Shown here: positions 25,992 through 38,985 of the stretch, one piece after another
Numbering within the stretch: the stretch's first letter is position 1
Layout: each line of letters opens with the position of its first letter
From: Callorhinchus milii
Lineage: Eukaryota
DNA: 64,000 nt
Direction of reading: 5' to 3'
Assembly (NCBI RefSeq): GCF_018977255.1
Contig: NW_024704750.1
Location: 12,648,001 to 12,712,000 of the forward strand
Made by a program: the position numbers and the translations under genes
Notes under the pieces: generated by a model
Databases searched by the model: none
Told to the model about the DNA's origin: nothing
What the model saw: only the letters and a program-made list of their open reading frames with translations

Positions 25992-28354
25992 GATGGCATA
26001 ATATGTACTTTGATGCTGAAAGCAAACTAGGTGGTACAGCTGGTGAAATTACTAATCTTAAGCATTACTCCTCATGAATTTGGGACTGAATCAATGCCAA
26101 GGAGGGAGCAGTTTACTCTGACAGACAGCTGCTATGTAAGTTGTACTTAGAAAGCTCAGTCCTGATAGATATAACGCTGAAACACAGGTACAATAAACAC
26201 ATTTGAGGTAAGGGTTGTGTTTGTATGCAGGTGGTGAGGTGAAATCCTTGCTTACCTATGGTTAATAGGATATATATGCCTTGGAGTTCAAGATAAATCA
26301 AGAATAAATTGTTTCACAATTTCCAAGTAGTCATTGATTATCAATGTGAAAGGCCTGGTGACATCCCATTTTTAAATGATAAAAAATTATAGCCCATTTC
26401 TTGTAAATAGAAAAATGAACTGATATAAAGATGTATCAAATCTTTGATTTAAATTTCTTTTTTCGGGGGTTAACTATATTCTATCTCCTTCTGGATATAG
26501 ATTTAGCAAATTAAAGGTGTCAGGGGAATGGAGATTTGAAGGTAAACCTTCTTTGTTGTGGATTTAAGTGACTGCACAATGACCAATCATTTGGCCCTAT
26601 CACAGCAGTTAGGTAACTGAATTAATCTGAAGTAAAACACTGTGACCTGTCATGTAGTAAGATACCTGAACATCTGGCTGAGTTGTCCTTTACTGACAAG
26701 ATAGTTTGTCCCATACGAATCATTTGTCAATTATAGAAAGAAGGTAATGTGAGTAAATTAAGCCGTGGTTTGCAGTTAGCAAGGAAATTCTTGTCAAGTG
26801 AGCCAGCCAGCTGTGCCAACAACTTTATCTGCTGTGGCATTAATCACCCACCTTCCTTGAAGCACTTTCACTTTCCCTAAAGGCTAAAAGATAAATCTGT
26901 CAGCAATCATAGCTATTTGCAGACAGCAGTGCCTGACTGTGTCTAAAGAACTACTATATTTTTCAAAAAAATTCTGTCTGTTATAAATTATGAATAACAT
27001 TTGATTTTCTTTAGGAAAAGAGTCTTTCACTGTCGATAACTGTATAAAATAGATTTTGTCCAAAACTGTAACAAGTAGCATTCTTCTTAATAATCTGGGA
27101 ACAGCAGAATATATGTGCAAAAGAGAGTGGTGACATAGTCATTGGAGAATCGATGTTATCATTCCTTCATCATATCTAGTATATACATTAGCAGGCAGTG
27201 CAAATGTAAAATATGGTAGTGGTAGGGGAGAGAAATTTGATTCCCCTTATAGTTGTCATTCAATGCTGTACGAAAACACAGAACATATTTTCTCGCCAAG
27301 CTACAATAATAGCTGGTGATTAGTCAAGACTATGGGGAATTAATAGTGTAATGACGTATCAGTGACAGATGGGATGTAAATTGGTTTGATTATGTTGCTC
27401 ATTTTAAGTTTAATCTTGTTTTATAGGTCTGCATGCAGTTTATATTTAGTACAAAGTTTTAGAATCTTCTACATGAGCTTTTCTCAGGCTCACACCAAAT
27501 ATGTATTCAGTATCACTGAATAGTTTCTTCACATAAATATATAAATGTAATAGTTTTGCAGCTTTAGTTAACTATAATTTCTATTTGAATGTAATCTAAT
27601 GTTTTGTAATTTCGTTGTATATTTTGTTTTTGTGTATTAGAATATTCCGCTTATTTTCTGTACTTTGCTTTAACATCACAGACACTTTCTGGAGAAGTCT
27701 TTTTATGAACTTTGTCATGAAAACTGCTTAAATGAGGGCCTGTATTTGCTGCAAAGCTTTGCATTGACTTCTGGAATTGTATGTGTCTTTCTCCCCCACC
27801 AAGGGTGCTCAGTAACATTAAAATGTGATGAGAATGGCAGCTAAATCGTAATATCAGGCTTTAGTCTTGAGTAAAGTTGGAGCATGTACTACTGGAACGT
27901 AACATGTATTGGTGTCACAATCTTGGTGAAATTCTATCCCCCTTCTCCTGTACTTTTGTCCAGAAAGAATAGCACAGTACTGAGAATGTTTTAGCTGTAT
28001 CCTTTATTCTTCCACCAGTCTTGACGAGTTCTCTGTTGTAGAAGCACAAACAAAAGCAACCATCACAAAATCTCCAAATCTACCTTGTCACTGGCAGAAT
28101 GCAAATGTCAACAGCAACCAAAGCATAATTCACTCTCTTTTAACACTGCATCGATTATCAGTAAAAGGTTAAAAACCTAATTTTCTCCAGTGGGGGCTTG
28201 AAACCACAATCTCCTGATGCAAACTAAAGAAAGTAAGAGGCACTTTCTGAAACTATGTTTGCTGTAGATGGCATTTTAAGCTAGATTGAGCTAGATTTAT
28301 TGGCAATTTCAGGACAGACACTTCGAAGTATTTCTTTACTCAGAGGGTAATTGG

Positions 28355-28525
28355 CGACTGGAACAGGTTACCAGGATGAATGCGTGAAACCAGGATTCTG
28401 GACTCATTTATAAAAAAAACAGCTTGAAGTTGTGATGGGGACAGGATGTGGGAATTATGGAAGGATGAGATTAAATGGGCTGAAGGATGTCCTTTATCCA
28501 AACTTCTCTTGTGACCTTTGTGATG
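28355..28525 (+). mobile_element. CR1-like LINE 3' end
   Basis: tggaacaggttacca encodes WNRLP (CR1 ORF2 C-terminal motif), followed by a 3' UTR ending cttgtgacctttgtga. Related to 38822-38985 (-). Confidence 0.65.
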
Positions 28526-28907
28526 CCTTAAGGAACAAGTTAGAAAGTTGTAGGACATCATGATATCTTATAGAAGATCAAGAGATGGTAAGTCATATTA
28601 AGCAGATTGTTCATGTTAATTTTTACAAATTAAGTAGACACATGTCCAGGCATTTTAGATCAGGAATATCTAACACAAGTAGACATTAATGAACCATATG
28701 TTAGGAAGAAACTCAAATAATTTAGTACCAAAGTTCCACAGCAACCAGTTCCATATTCACTGTTTTAATAAATACCTTAGAGAAGAGAATTCCTTTAATA
28801 TGACAAGAATAAGTAGTGTTCACAATGATTTAGAATTAAGCAGATGGGCTAAGACTGACAGATGTGTTTAATGTAAATGTAAAGGAACTAATGCAAATGG
28901 GAAGAAG

Positions 28908-29168
28908 AATTAATAATATTCCTTGCATTCGATATAGTGCCTTATCGCATCTTCGAGACGTCTGAAAGCACTTCAAGAATATATTGTAAAGTGAATTGAC
29001 TGTATATTTTTGGGGTAAAATGCGGCAGCCAATTGCGCAGGGCATTGACCCACAAATAGTCGTGGATTGAGTTACAAAATTATTATTATCATTTTTAATT
29101 TATTTTGGTTTTCAAGGGATTATTACCCCCGGAAAAGCGATCCGACAATCGACTAACAATTGGGTTCT
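28908..29168 (-). mobile_element. 5'-truncated tRNA-SINE, long subfamily
   Basis: Tail, central motif and internal segment ccccggaaaagcgatccgacaatcgactaacaa. Confidence 0.88.
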
Positions 29169-29984
29169 TATAAGTGAAAGTTTCCATCTTGGTGACCACA
29201 AATGAAGAAGGGGGTCCTATTGTACTGTGTTATAGACTATGTATCAATATTTAGTAGCTTTATGCAGTTATTCTTACCAGTACATCATGATCATCATAGT
29301 GTGGTAAACCAAAAGTTGCTTAAAATCCCTCTTACTCTCTGAATGACAACAAACAAACAAAAGAGCTTGCTAAGCATTAGCATTGAACAATTAGAATTAT
29401 TTCCTCCTATAGTTGCATTTATTTAGTAGTTGCTGCATAAGATGGGCTTTAATGGCAGTGCGTGTTGTTGATACTGTTTGGTCATCATTTTGATGGTGCA
29501 GCTGATTGTTTCGGATTGGTGCCTAAACCTATTATTGGGTTTCTTGTTTGAATGCTGTGACACTAATACTCCAAATATTTTCTTTTTTAAAAAAAAACTT
29601 GGCTCCGAAAATGTTATGTTTAGCAGTCAAATGCTTCCAGACAAAAATATTAATTTTGAGGTTTGGAGTCAAGGACACATCTATTTAGATTAAACATGCC
29701 TCATTGGTATATTTTGAAACAACGTTCAAAGAAGTTGAATTGCATATGAAAAAATATAAAGCATTTAAAGTGTGTGTCTTCGGGATATTTTATAAACATT
29801 GAATATTCGTCGTTCTTCTTATCTGAACATATCAGTAATGTCTTACAAACACAGTAGACGGTGGTATAAGTGCAGTAATTTCAGGAATTTGCGGAGGGGC
29901 AGTTACTCTTTCAATATTTTATTTTAAAAGTTTAGAATCGTAGAATAAGCAGTTTACAAATGTTTTCAGATTTTACAACGGCAG

Positions 29985-30392
29985 CAACAACAACAAAATT
30001 ACATTTGTATAGCACCTTTCACGTTCGGAGGATGTCCCAAGGCACTGGACAGACAGAGTTACGGACCTGGGATCAGGGAGGGTGGAGGGTAGGGGGGAAA
30101 ACAGGGAGATCTAAAGCACAGTCGAAAAGGAGGAGGGTCTTGAGATGGGTCTTGAAGGTGGCAAGGGAGGGGGCAAGGTGGAGGGACTGTGGGATGGAGT
30201 TCCAGAGGGCGGGGGCAGAGTGACAGAAGGCCTGCCCGCTAATAGTGGGGCGAGTGAGGTGAGGGACTTGAAGCAGGCCAGAGCCCTCTGAGCGGAGGGA
30301 GCGAGCAGAGTGGTACGGGTTTAGGAGGTCGCAGAGGTAGGGGAGAGCAAGACCATGGAGGGCTTTAAAGGTGAGGATCGGGATCTTGAAAT
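29985..30392 (-). mobile_element. L2 LINE 3' fragment
   Basis: Reverse complement matches 4066-4475 (ttcaagatc...ccatgg...ccccctacct...ctctggaactccatcc...ctcaagaccctcct). Begins with (CAA)n aaattacatttgtatagc. Confidence 0.9.
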
Positions 30393-32387
30393 GTTTCCTC
30401 TGTATCCTTTTACAGAAGAAACCATAAGGAAAATCAAGGCTACTAACAAGTGCATTTTATTGACTAAGGAAAGGAAGACGTTATTTTGAAGCTGACGTGA
30501 ATTTAAATGGCTTGATATGAGAAGCTGCTTGTAGTTCTAACAGACATCATATCATTGGCCATTTCCATCACTATCCTTGGAAATTGTCATATCCATTAAT
30601 CTCTGAGATGTCATTGACATACATCAATATTTAAAGCTGCCAGTGTAAAGCACACATTGTGGATGTACTTTGTTTTAAAAAGGTGAAACATTTATTTTTA
30701 TATGGTGTTGGTTAGGTTACAACATGCTTGCATACTGTTTGAAAAAAACAGCCAGTTATATGTTATTTATACCTGTTAAGGTATAACCATGAACAAATAG
30801 TTCATCATTTGCATAGTATTTCTAGAGTGTATTAAATGTAGGGTTCGATAAGAAATATGTAGCTTCAGACTTGACAGATATATAATTACGTTTGAAATTG
30901 ACATAGGCATTGCGTTTTCTTGATGGTCTGTGGGGAGCTGGGATGGGTGGCAGCAGAATTCAGTTCTTTCCACGAAGGGGCTTATGATTTTAGTTAAAAA
31001 TAAATATTTGGGTGAGAAATTTTTTATATATCAGGGTATTGTGACTCTCTCCTGCACTCCCATGAAATTTATGCTTCAAAAAGTCAGGGATGAATGAACA
31101 GATTGGGGTTGATACGTCCCATTAAGAGCCACATCCTTTGATCTGATTGCTTTGAAATTCTGATTTTTAGTAGCATTTTTCAAAATCAAAATGTAGCACT
31201 ATATTCACTGAAATAAATAGTTCTGTAATGTGTTTTCAAATGTAAGAAATTTAGCTGCAGGTGAATACTGGAAAGTAGGGCCAGTACGTGGTGATGGTGG
31301 GGGGGGGCGGGGGTACACAGTGCTTCTAGCTTGGAAAGAATTGGGTTAAAAAACATCAAAGCAACCACATCAAAGGGCTTGGCCCTAACTCACTCTCTAC
31401 TATAGACACTATTTGACATTGTCTCCCCTGCAATTCCTGTTCCTGTGAAGATTGAATCTGACTGCAGCTGTGGAGTGAGGATCCAGACTTTTGTGAGCAA
31501 TTGTGTAATGGCTTTGGGAAGAGAAGAGAACAAAATATATCTCAATTTCTTGGTGCTCCATCCTTATATAATATAACAATTCAAGGTTTTCTATGAGATC
31601 ATTTTTCTCAAATGTATCCAAGCTCTTGCGATTAAAAGAGTTAACATAAATGCTGGGATGAATGTGTCCGTCCCCCCACCCCTTTTAAATATAGTCAAAC
31701 AACTTGCAGCTGCCCAATGTTTTTATTATGGGTACACTGTAGCATATCTGACAACTTGAAAATTTTTAAACTGGCAATTGAAACAGACAGAGGTATCCAT
31801 TTATCTGCCATACATCGTGGTACAGTAAAGCTGTCAGTGCAAATCTTATCACACAGAGCTTCATTTGTTTTCTGTAGTGATTTATGATGGCTTTGAAAAG
31901 GTCTGGTGATCCCATAGGCTAGCATGATTCTCCAAACTCTCTTAGTCGATGGATCTAATTCTTGACACATTTGATAGTGTTCTGAGTGGTTTTGATAAAT
32001 CAATTCTCCTTGTTTAGATTAATTGATCAGAAAAGTACGTTCCTAAGAGAATTTATCAAATTCTATGACTGAGCCTAAGTATACTGCCATTTTGTGAAAG
32101 AGCCAGATACGTTGTAGCAGGAGAATGCATATTAATGAGACATTTTGATGGAGGTTTATCCTGGTAGCAGAATAAACACTGTCATGTGTAATTCAGTGTA
32201 TTGTAATGCATTAAATGACAAAAAGGCAAACAAAGTAATACGCCCTACATTGGCATACCTGGAAACTTTTGCATTTTGATCACTTTAGGATGAGGTGGAG
32301 CAACCTGGTTGCTTTATGCAGGGAAAAAATACAAAGGTATAGAGTGAAAAGAGGTATGGGGTTTTATAAGCCAAGGAAGTGCATGAT

Positions 32388-32750
32388 CTTGGCTCAGTTA
32401 CAAGCACTCTCACCTCTAATTGGAAGGTAGTGGGTTCAAGTCCTCGGCTGACATTCCAATACTGCTGGGGCCATGTTGTATTGTCACATGTGCCGGCCTG
32501 TGAGGTGAGATGTTAAATCGAGCTCTCATCTGCCTATTCAGGAGGATGTTAAAGGCCCCATGATATTATTCAAAAAGAGTAGGAAGTTTCAACAACCTCC
32601 CAGCTAAATTGCTTATGCATTTCATGGCTGATTGTGCAAATTGGTTGCCACATTCATCCACAAATACACAGTCATTATGCTTTGCAGAAAACTTTGAAGC
32701 ACATTGAACTGTTTTAGGTGCTATACCAAATACCAGGATTACTATTATTA
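32388..32750 (+). mobile_element. Old DeuSINE copy
   Basis: ttggctcagtt...gcactctcacctct...gggttcaagtcc, then the Deu domain gagatgttaaatcgag...caggaggatgttaaaggccccatg, then the tail gtgctataccaaataccaggattactattatt. Confidence 0.75.
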
Positions 32751-34406
32751 TGTATGATGCTATACCTTTTTTTTCACACATGGATAGAAAGCATGCTGGG
32801 GAAATGTAAATTATTATGTGATTTTTATGCCTTACCCAGAGACCCTGAGGAAATGCTGAATATCCAGTCACCTCGATAAAGATGAAATTTTCAAGGCATG
32901 TGTATTCCCAGTGTAGAGCATTGTACAGTGATACAGCACTAGTCCATGTACACAGTCAAGGGCTTAGTTCAAGGAAAGGAAGAAAATCTCACTAAAATGC
33001 ACACTTCAAAGGTCAAGGGAAAATAATTATCTCTATACTGCGCCCACGTTTTCAAGTACATTAAAATCTACATATCACAAATGCCACTTGCATGTATCCT
33101 GTACCTGATAAGAGAGAAAGGGAAAAACTGAATTCAGGAAACGTGAACTCAAAACAGAAAATGCTGGAAATCCAACAACTATATACCCAGAGGAAGTGAA
33201 TGCCTGAATATTGACTTCAAACCTTATCTGTCTCCCTTCTCCTTTTTGTTTGCCCCCATCCCTATAACTTTTTAAAGCAGAGATGTAGCAAATTTGCATG
33301 CTTGCTTTCAGTCACCCTGTGTCTATCCTCGACCTTCATCTTACTGTTGCATATTTAACACTTATCTGAGATTTCACTTAAACCTTGTATAGATTTTCAG
33401 CACCTCTTCCTAGCATTTCACTATCTTTAGGGGATTTAAAATCTCTACCTAATGACTTTGCTTCTTACTCTAATTGTTATTACTTTCCAGAAACACGCGA
33501 GGCACTCTAGGCCACTCATTCCAGTTCTGACAAAGAAATGCACACAAAATATTACCTGCCTTTCTCTTGGAGTCCACTTCCAGTATTTCTCTTTTCAATG
33601 TCCCGATAAATGTGGGTAATGCAGGATCCTGTCTCCCAGGTGCCAATTTGCAGTTTGTATAACATTTGGCAATTACACTGCTCACATCAGTAAACCTGCT
33701 CAAAATGACAGATATGAGGTGTAAAGCATTGCTGCTGCACAGCAATAACAAAATTGTGACATCTTTGCATTATGGCATAGTAATGCATGACACTAATAAA
33801 TGAGACTGAAATTCTGCCAGTGCTGTCGATGCACCTTTTCAGGGAACAAATGCATTTTCTATCAATATTTGGAATGTTACCATTTTACTGGCATAAACTT
33901 TTATCTGGATACATAGTTGGAATAGTAAATTGGGTACCAGGAAAGGGATTAAGTGGTATAGTTAGGATTAAACAAATGCGTATAAGGTAAATACTCTCTT
34001 TCCTTCTTTATAGCTATCCACATAGTCAGTCGTCAAATCTGGTTATAGTTGTGTGTAAATTTACTGTCTGTTCCAGTCTGCTGCGTGGAACAAGACTTCA
34101 TTGTACATCTGTTTGTGAAGAGTAAAGGTTTTCATTTTGTGAAGGTATGAATTATTATAGATATCAATCTTGGTTTAATATACCAAGACCAAACATCGGG
34201 ATTTCTGCTTACTTTCCATGCTTTCAACAGTTATCTGATTCTGTAGAGCATTTGCAACTCACTGAAATTCTTTTTTAAATGCAGAAATTATTAAATATGT
34301 ACTGTGATTTTAAAATTGCAAATAGAACCAAGAGGAATTAACAAGTCATTAATAAACATGGTAATATTAGGAAAATGACTTTGAAAGTGATTCAAAGAGA
34401 ATGCTA

Positions 34407-35012
34407 GGCCCCGTTGGCCCAGTAAGCTTATGGAGTACTCCTTTAACCACACGGATCAGAAGGTCCCAAGTTCAATCACCAATTTGTAGTGAGTTAAATT
34501 ATGTCAGTCATTTTAGCACAGGGAATGCTATAATGCCCTCAACATCCCCAAGAAGGCAAGACAAAATCAGATAAGAGTTCCCACATATGACCACGATCCA
34601 GCAGCAGCTCTTAGAAGTAAATATGTGAGATAAATACACTTCCTCTCGTGCCTCCTTCAAGGCAAGAGGTAAATACACTTCCTCCCTTGTCTCCTTCAAG
34701 GCCGGTTTCAAGACCCTCCTCTTCGATCGTGCCTTCAGTCACCCTCCCGCCTATCTGCCTTCCCTCACCCCTACCCCACCCCCATGCTCGGATCCTGACC
34801 CCTGACTGTCCAGCGCCTTGGGACGTCCTCCCGACGTGAAAGACGCTCTGTAAATGTAATTTTGTTATTGTTGTTGTGTGGCTGTTGAGTCAAAACAGGA
34901 TCAGCCTCAGATGGAGTTTTTCTCACAGTCAAATAACTTGCCAAAACTTGTGAATAATGGCCCTTTGGATGAGGCTTGAGTGCTTGCCCAGTGTCTGTGG
35001 AAATGTACCCTG
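34407..35012 (+). mobile_element. AmnSINE2-like ancient SINE interrupted by an L2 3' fragment
   Basis: The 5' half (ccacacggatcagaaggtcccaagttcaatc...) and 3' half (acaggatcagcctcag...tgaataatggccctttgg...gtggaaatgtaccc) are collinear with 50526-50935. Confidence 0.6.
34681..34877 (+). mobile_element. L2 LINE 3' fragment with a 39-bp tandem duplication at its 5' junction
   Basis: tcaagaccctcctcttcga...ttgggacgtcctcccgacgtgaaagacgctctgtaaatgtaattttgttattgttgttg. The unit taaatacacttcctc..tg.ctccttcaaggc occurs at 34631 and 34670. Confidence 0.9.
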
Positions 35013-36524
35013 GTAGAAAACAATACACCAAACACTTTCCGGAAAGGCAGGGAAGTGGAATGAATAGATGCTTCAATAGATTGTAAAGGTGTGTTTACAA
35101 AAAATATTTAAATGTTTACAGAAAATTTAAATATAAAATCCTTCTTTGTTTTTTCCAATTTTATAAATGTAGCTACCGTATTAAGTTGTAATTATTTTAA
35201 CTAATATTCTCGTACGTCATAATTTGTGCAGGACAAGATCCAGAATTCTTAACATGAGATACAATTTGCGCTAAATTCTGCCTTATTGCAGTGGAATTTA
35301 TGTTCACATTAACTTCAATTCTGAGGGGCCCGGTGCTGAACAAATTGAATGGTAATACCCACGAATATTGATCCATCTACAATATCCTTCATGTTTGGTA
35401 GCGACCACCTATGTCCAACAATACCACATCTGCAAGTTTAAAACAAGCAATATATCCCCATAATAATTTTTTAATAGCTGGCTAAATCTTTGCTCACCAG
35501 TAGCCACTGGGTTTCTCTAAGAAATAAATCCACTTGAAACAATACACATGCTGCTTTTATAAATTTACAAGTTAAACATTTCTATTAGATTTAACAAGCA
35601 CCTCCCTTTCATCATCTTTTTTTTCCAAAAGCAGGACTGTCATCTTATTAAACTGTATCTGGAAAGAATCAGTATTTGAATTTGCTACCTCAGTCATCTG
35701 AAATAGTTTTATTGGATTGTAACCAAAGTAAATGAAAAGATGTTTGATGATCAGACTGTTTTCTTTCACTACAAGCTCACATCTGCGTCCATTCATGACC
35801 TCTAGACATTGACTTGCTGCTCAGTAAATTAAGGTTTCATTAGATGCCGATCAAAGTTAATTTCCCATTTAACTGAGGTAGGATTTGTTTTAAAAACTAT
35901 CTTGTGAATCAGAATCTCACCTTACAGTGTTTGTGTATGTATGTGTGTGTGTGTAACCTATTGATGTGCATTGCACTACATTAGTAACTTGCCAAAAACC
36001 TAGCAGTGGCAGCAAACATCTTAAGTTACCCTCCCCCGACACACATAATAAATAGTATCAAATCCACTGATACACATAGCACTTGCAGCAATCCCCCAAC
36101 ATTATATTGGAGTGTCAGCCTGGACTGAGTTCATAGCCTCGACGTGGAATTGAAGTGAACTCAACATGTCAACCCTTTTAGCAACTAGTTTCCATACTCT
36201 CTCAATGTCATGAATTAGTGGATAACTACTCAATCAGGGAGTCAACCAGCTAGATGTGTGAGGCTGGTATAACCTGGCACACGTCTTATACAGAATTAAT
36301 ATTAACATAACCTCTGTCAACATACAAAGACGGATAGACACATTGAATAAGTATAAACCAATCCTATGTTTCACTGGAGCAAATACATAATGCTGCTCAC
36401 TAGAGCACTACGAATTTAGGTAGCGTAACAGCTCCGAAAAGTGAAATGTGTCTATATGAAATGAGATCTTTCAATGTCATCTGAGAAATCAAATGTTGGC
36501 CATCCTCAATGTGAATCAAAGCTT

Positions 36525-36573
36525 TAATGGGCCAAATGGCCTCCTCCTACACTGTAATTACTATGATTTTATG
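36525..36573 (+). mobile_element. CR1-like 3' tail
   Basis: aatgggccaaatggcctcctcctacactgtaattactatgattttatg, a CR1-type end. Confidence 0.55.
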
Positions 36574-36825
36574 CTGCAATACCTATACACTATTCAATTT
36601 GGTCCAAAGCATTGACACTTGTGAGAATCTACAGAATCAAAACCATCCAAAATGAGAGAAAGGAAATAAAATCAAGTGGGGATTAAGAAGATTAATAGAA
36701 AGGCTGAAGCTAATCTGCTGCTAATTGACCGGGGATGGATGGCTGTCATGATGTCTTGATGTAGGCTGAAGATACAAAGAGAGTGTCGTAATGTAGGCTC
36801 TATGTTTCAGAATATTTTAGTGGAT

Positions 36826-36885
36826 TTATATTCACAGTTTTTCTCCTGGGGCACCTCTGAAATCAGCAGCAAACTGTGAATATAA
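36826..36885. repeat. Perfect 15-bp inverted repeat with 30-nt spacer
   Basis: ttatattcacagttt (36826-36840) pairs with aaactgtgaatataa (36871-36885). Confidence 0.8.
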
Positions 36886-38821
36886 GTGAAGAGACACTCG
36901 TGCCATCAGAGGCAGCATGCACATCACTAGTGGGTGGCAGCACCTCCAACAGGAGGGGAGGGTAATTTAGTAATCTGAAGCGTTAAAATCTGCTTTCATG
37001 CAGCCTGGTAAAGTGGTCCAGTTAGTGATGGACTGCAAGAATCTCTCCATCGTCACAAAAGGATCTTCATTTGAGCACTCTAAATTCAAAATATTTGTAT
37101 TTACAAAAGGGGTTGCAATCCTCCCCTAACTCGTGACTGTGTAGAAAGGGAATTAAAATTCAGTGTCTTTCAGACCTTCGAAACCAATGGTTTGCGGCAA
37201 ACAGTGTCCTAGAATTTATCTGAGGGATCCAATAGAAAATTTATCTTTCCGTATTGAAATAAGGACCATTTAGACCAAAAAAAAGGAATCAAGGATGCTC
37301 TAGGTACTCTTTATGAGATGAATACAGGCAAAGAGTGCTGCACCCTGTGTACAGATTGCACTGTTTCCCTTAAAAAGTAAAGCACCAGGACAACCTTTAA
37401 ATTTGAATTGAAATACATATTTAATGTGAATTTCCACTGCAAGCATTTCAGATTTTATAACCTGGTGGTATTTAATCCTTCCGTTTGTATTAAAGAGCTC
37501 GTAATATTTTTTTTCAACTGAGTTTAGTAATGCTGACTTATATAAAAAGTTCTTTTTATATTTTAAAATAAGAGCACATTCTGTTAGGTGGGATACGTAC
37601 TGCTGGGGTGTCTTTGAGGACTATTCACTGGGTGGTCATGAATATGTACAGGCCACTTTTGGGGAGGTGCAGAGCATTGGCAGTCTGTGTATGGAGCAAG
37701 AGAACGTAGGAGGGAGAGTAACCCAGAGGCACATTTGGGCACCTCCTAGTGACTGGCTTTACACCAGCTTACCAAAGGCCTGGCAGGGAATCAACTGGCA
37801 GCAAATTATGCTTGGCAAGAGACAGTAGCAGAGGGACAGAAGATATTTGTTCAAAAAATCTGTATATTAATGTTGTTTGCAAATTTTAATGAAGCAGAAT
37901 TCTAAATTTAATAAAAGCATTGAGGCAAGTTGCCTGGGTACAATATAAAGTTGCTTTGAAACTTGGTTTAAACAGAGATGGACTCACTGCTCTCTGGCTA
38001 CGGTTTTTGCTGCCGATAGCATTCACACTTTGACATTTCCTACAAACTGACTATTCTGTTTTATCATACATGACCATTTAGCCATTCTCAAGTCAGCTAA
38101 GCCTCGCTAACCCCACAGGTACCTCTGTTCAGCCATTAGTTGAACCTGTTTGAACACTGTGCTGCAGAAATTATTGACAGGTCAAGTGCAATTGGGAAGA
38201 TGGGATGTCCCAGCGGTCCTTCCACTGACAGTTTCTCCCACATTAAAGAGTTAACTAGCTACAAACAAGCACTGGGTGGGAGCTAATGAATGTACTGAGA
38301 TTGATAGCAACTCTCTTTTGAGATACATTGATCTGTATCTCTGAACCCGGTATTAGGATTCAATGTGCAACCTCACACTGAATAACCCTGGCTGTGTGCC
38401 CATTAACAAACAACTCTTTTAATGTTTACCTTCTGCTAATACACTGGATTCTACTTATTGCCACCTCCTTTACTGTCGCTTTTAAAATCCCAGGCCTTTC
38501 AATGTTTTCTCATTTCCTTTGTTTCTGCTAATGCCATTTTTTACAGTTACTTCCTCCCCAGTGTCACCTTTTTACATAAACGTCTCAATGCCTTATGATT
38601 GGTACATTGTATTCTTGTCACACGAGGCACGTGTAGGTGTTTCTCGGTGCCTCCCTGTACCAGTGGAATCGGAACCTCTGTGGGATTCCAGCAACGACTG
38701 ACTTCATTTTCAGGGATTGTTTTTTTCTCCTCATCTTCTCAAGGTTCTGACTCGTACAGGGATACAATCAGGAGTAAAACCTTCCAATGCCATTTTTTGC
38801 CAGAAGGCACCCTAACCTACC

Positions 38822-38985
38822 AAAATCACAAAATCGCAAAAATGATTCAGATGAAGAAGGCCCTTTGGCCTATTTGATCTCATCCTAGCAGAATACTAAC
38901 CCTACCGTGCTCCATCAGAGCATCAAGCTGTTTCTTAATCGAGTTTGTTCTCTTGGCCTTAACCACCCGTCCTGGTAACCGATTC
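38822..38985 (-). mobile_element. CR1-like LINE 3' end
   Basis: Reverse complement reads gaatcggttaccagg (NRLPG)...aagaaacagcttgatgc...ggatgagatcaaataggccaaaggg...ttgtgatttt, similar to 28355-28525. Confidence 0.65.

Noticed and set aside
31409-31621. 70-aa - strand ORF with faint CR1 C-terminal resemblance (DLIE...)
   Set aside because: Too degenerate to support as a feature.
33145-33410. Possible decayed second Penelope-type hairpin (aaaacagaaaatgctggaaat...agattttcagca)
   Set aside because: Only two short motifs match 49940-50167, with no recognisable arms or ribozyme core.
38615-38700. Two adjacent short hairpins (gaggcac/gtgcctc and tggaatc/gattcca) as an H/ACA snoRNA
   Set aside because: The stems are only 7 bp, there is no ANANNA hinge and no properly placed ACA box.
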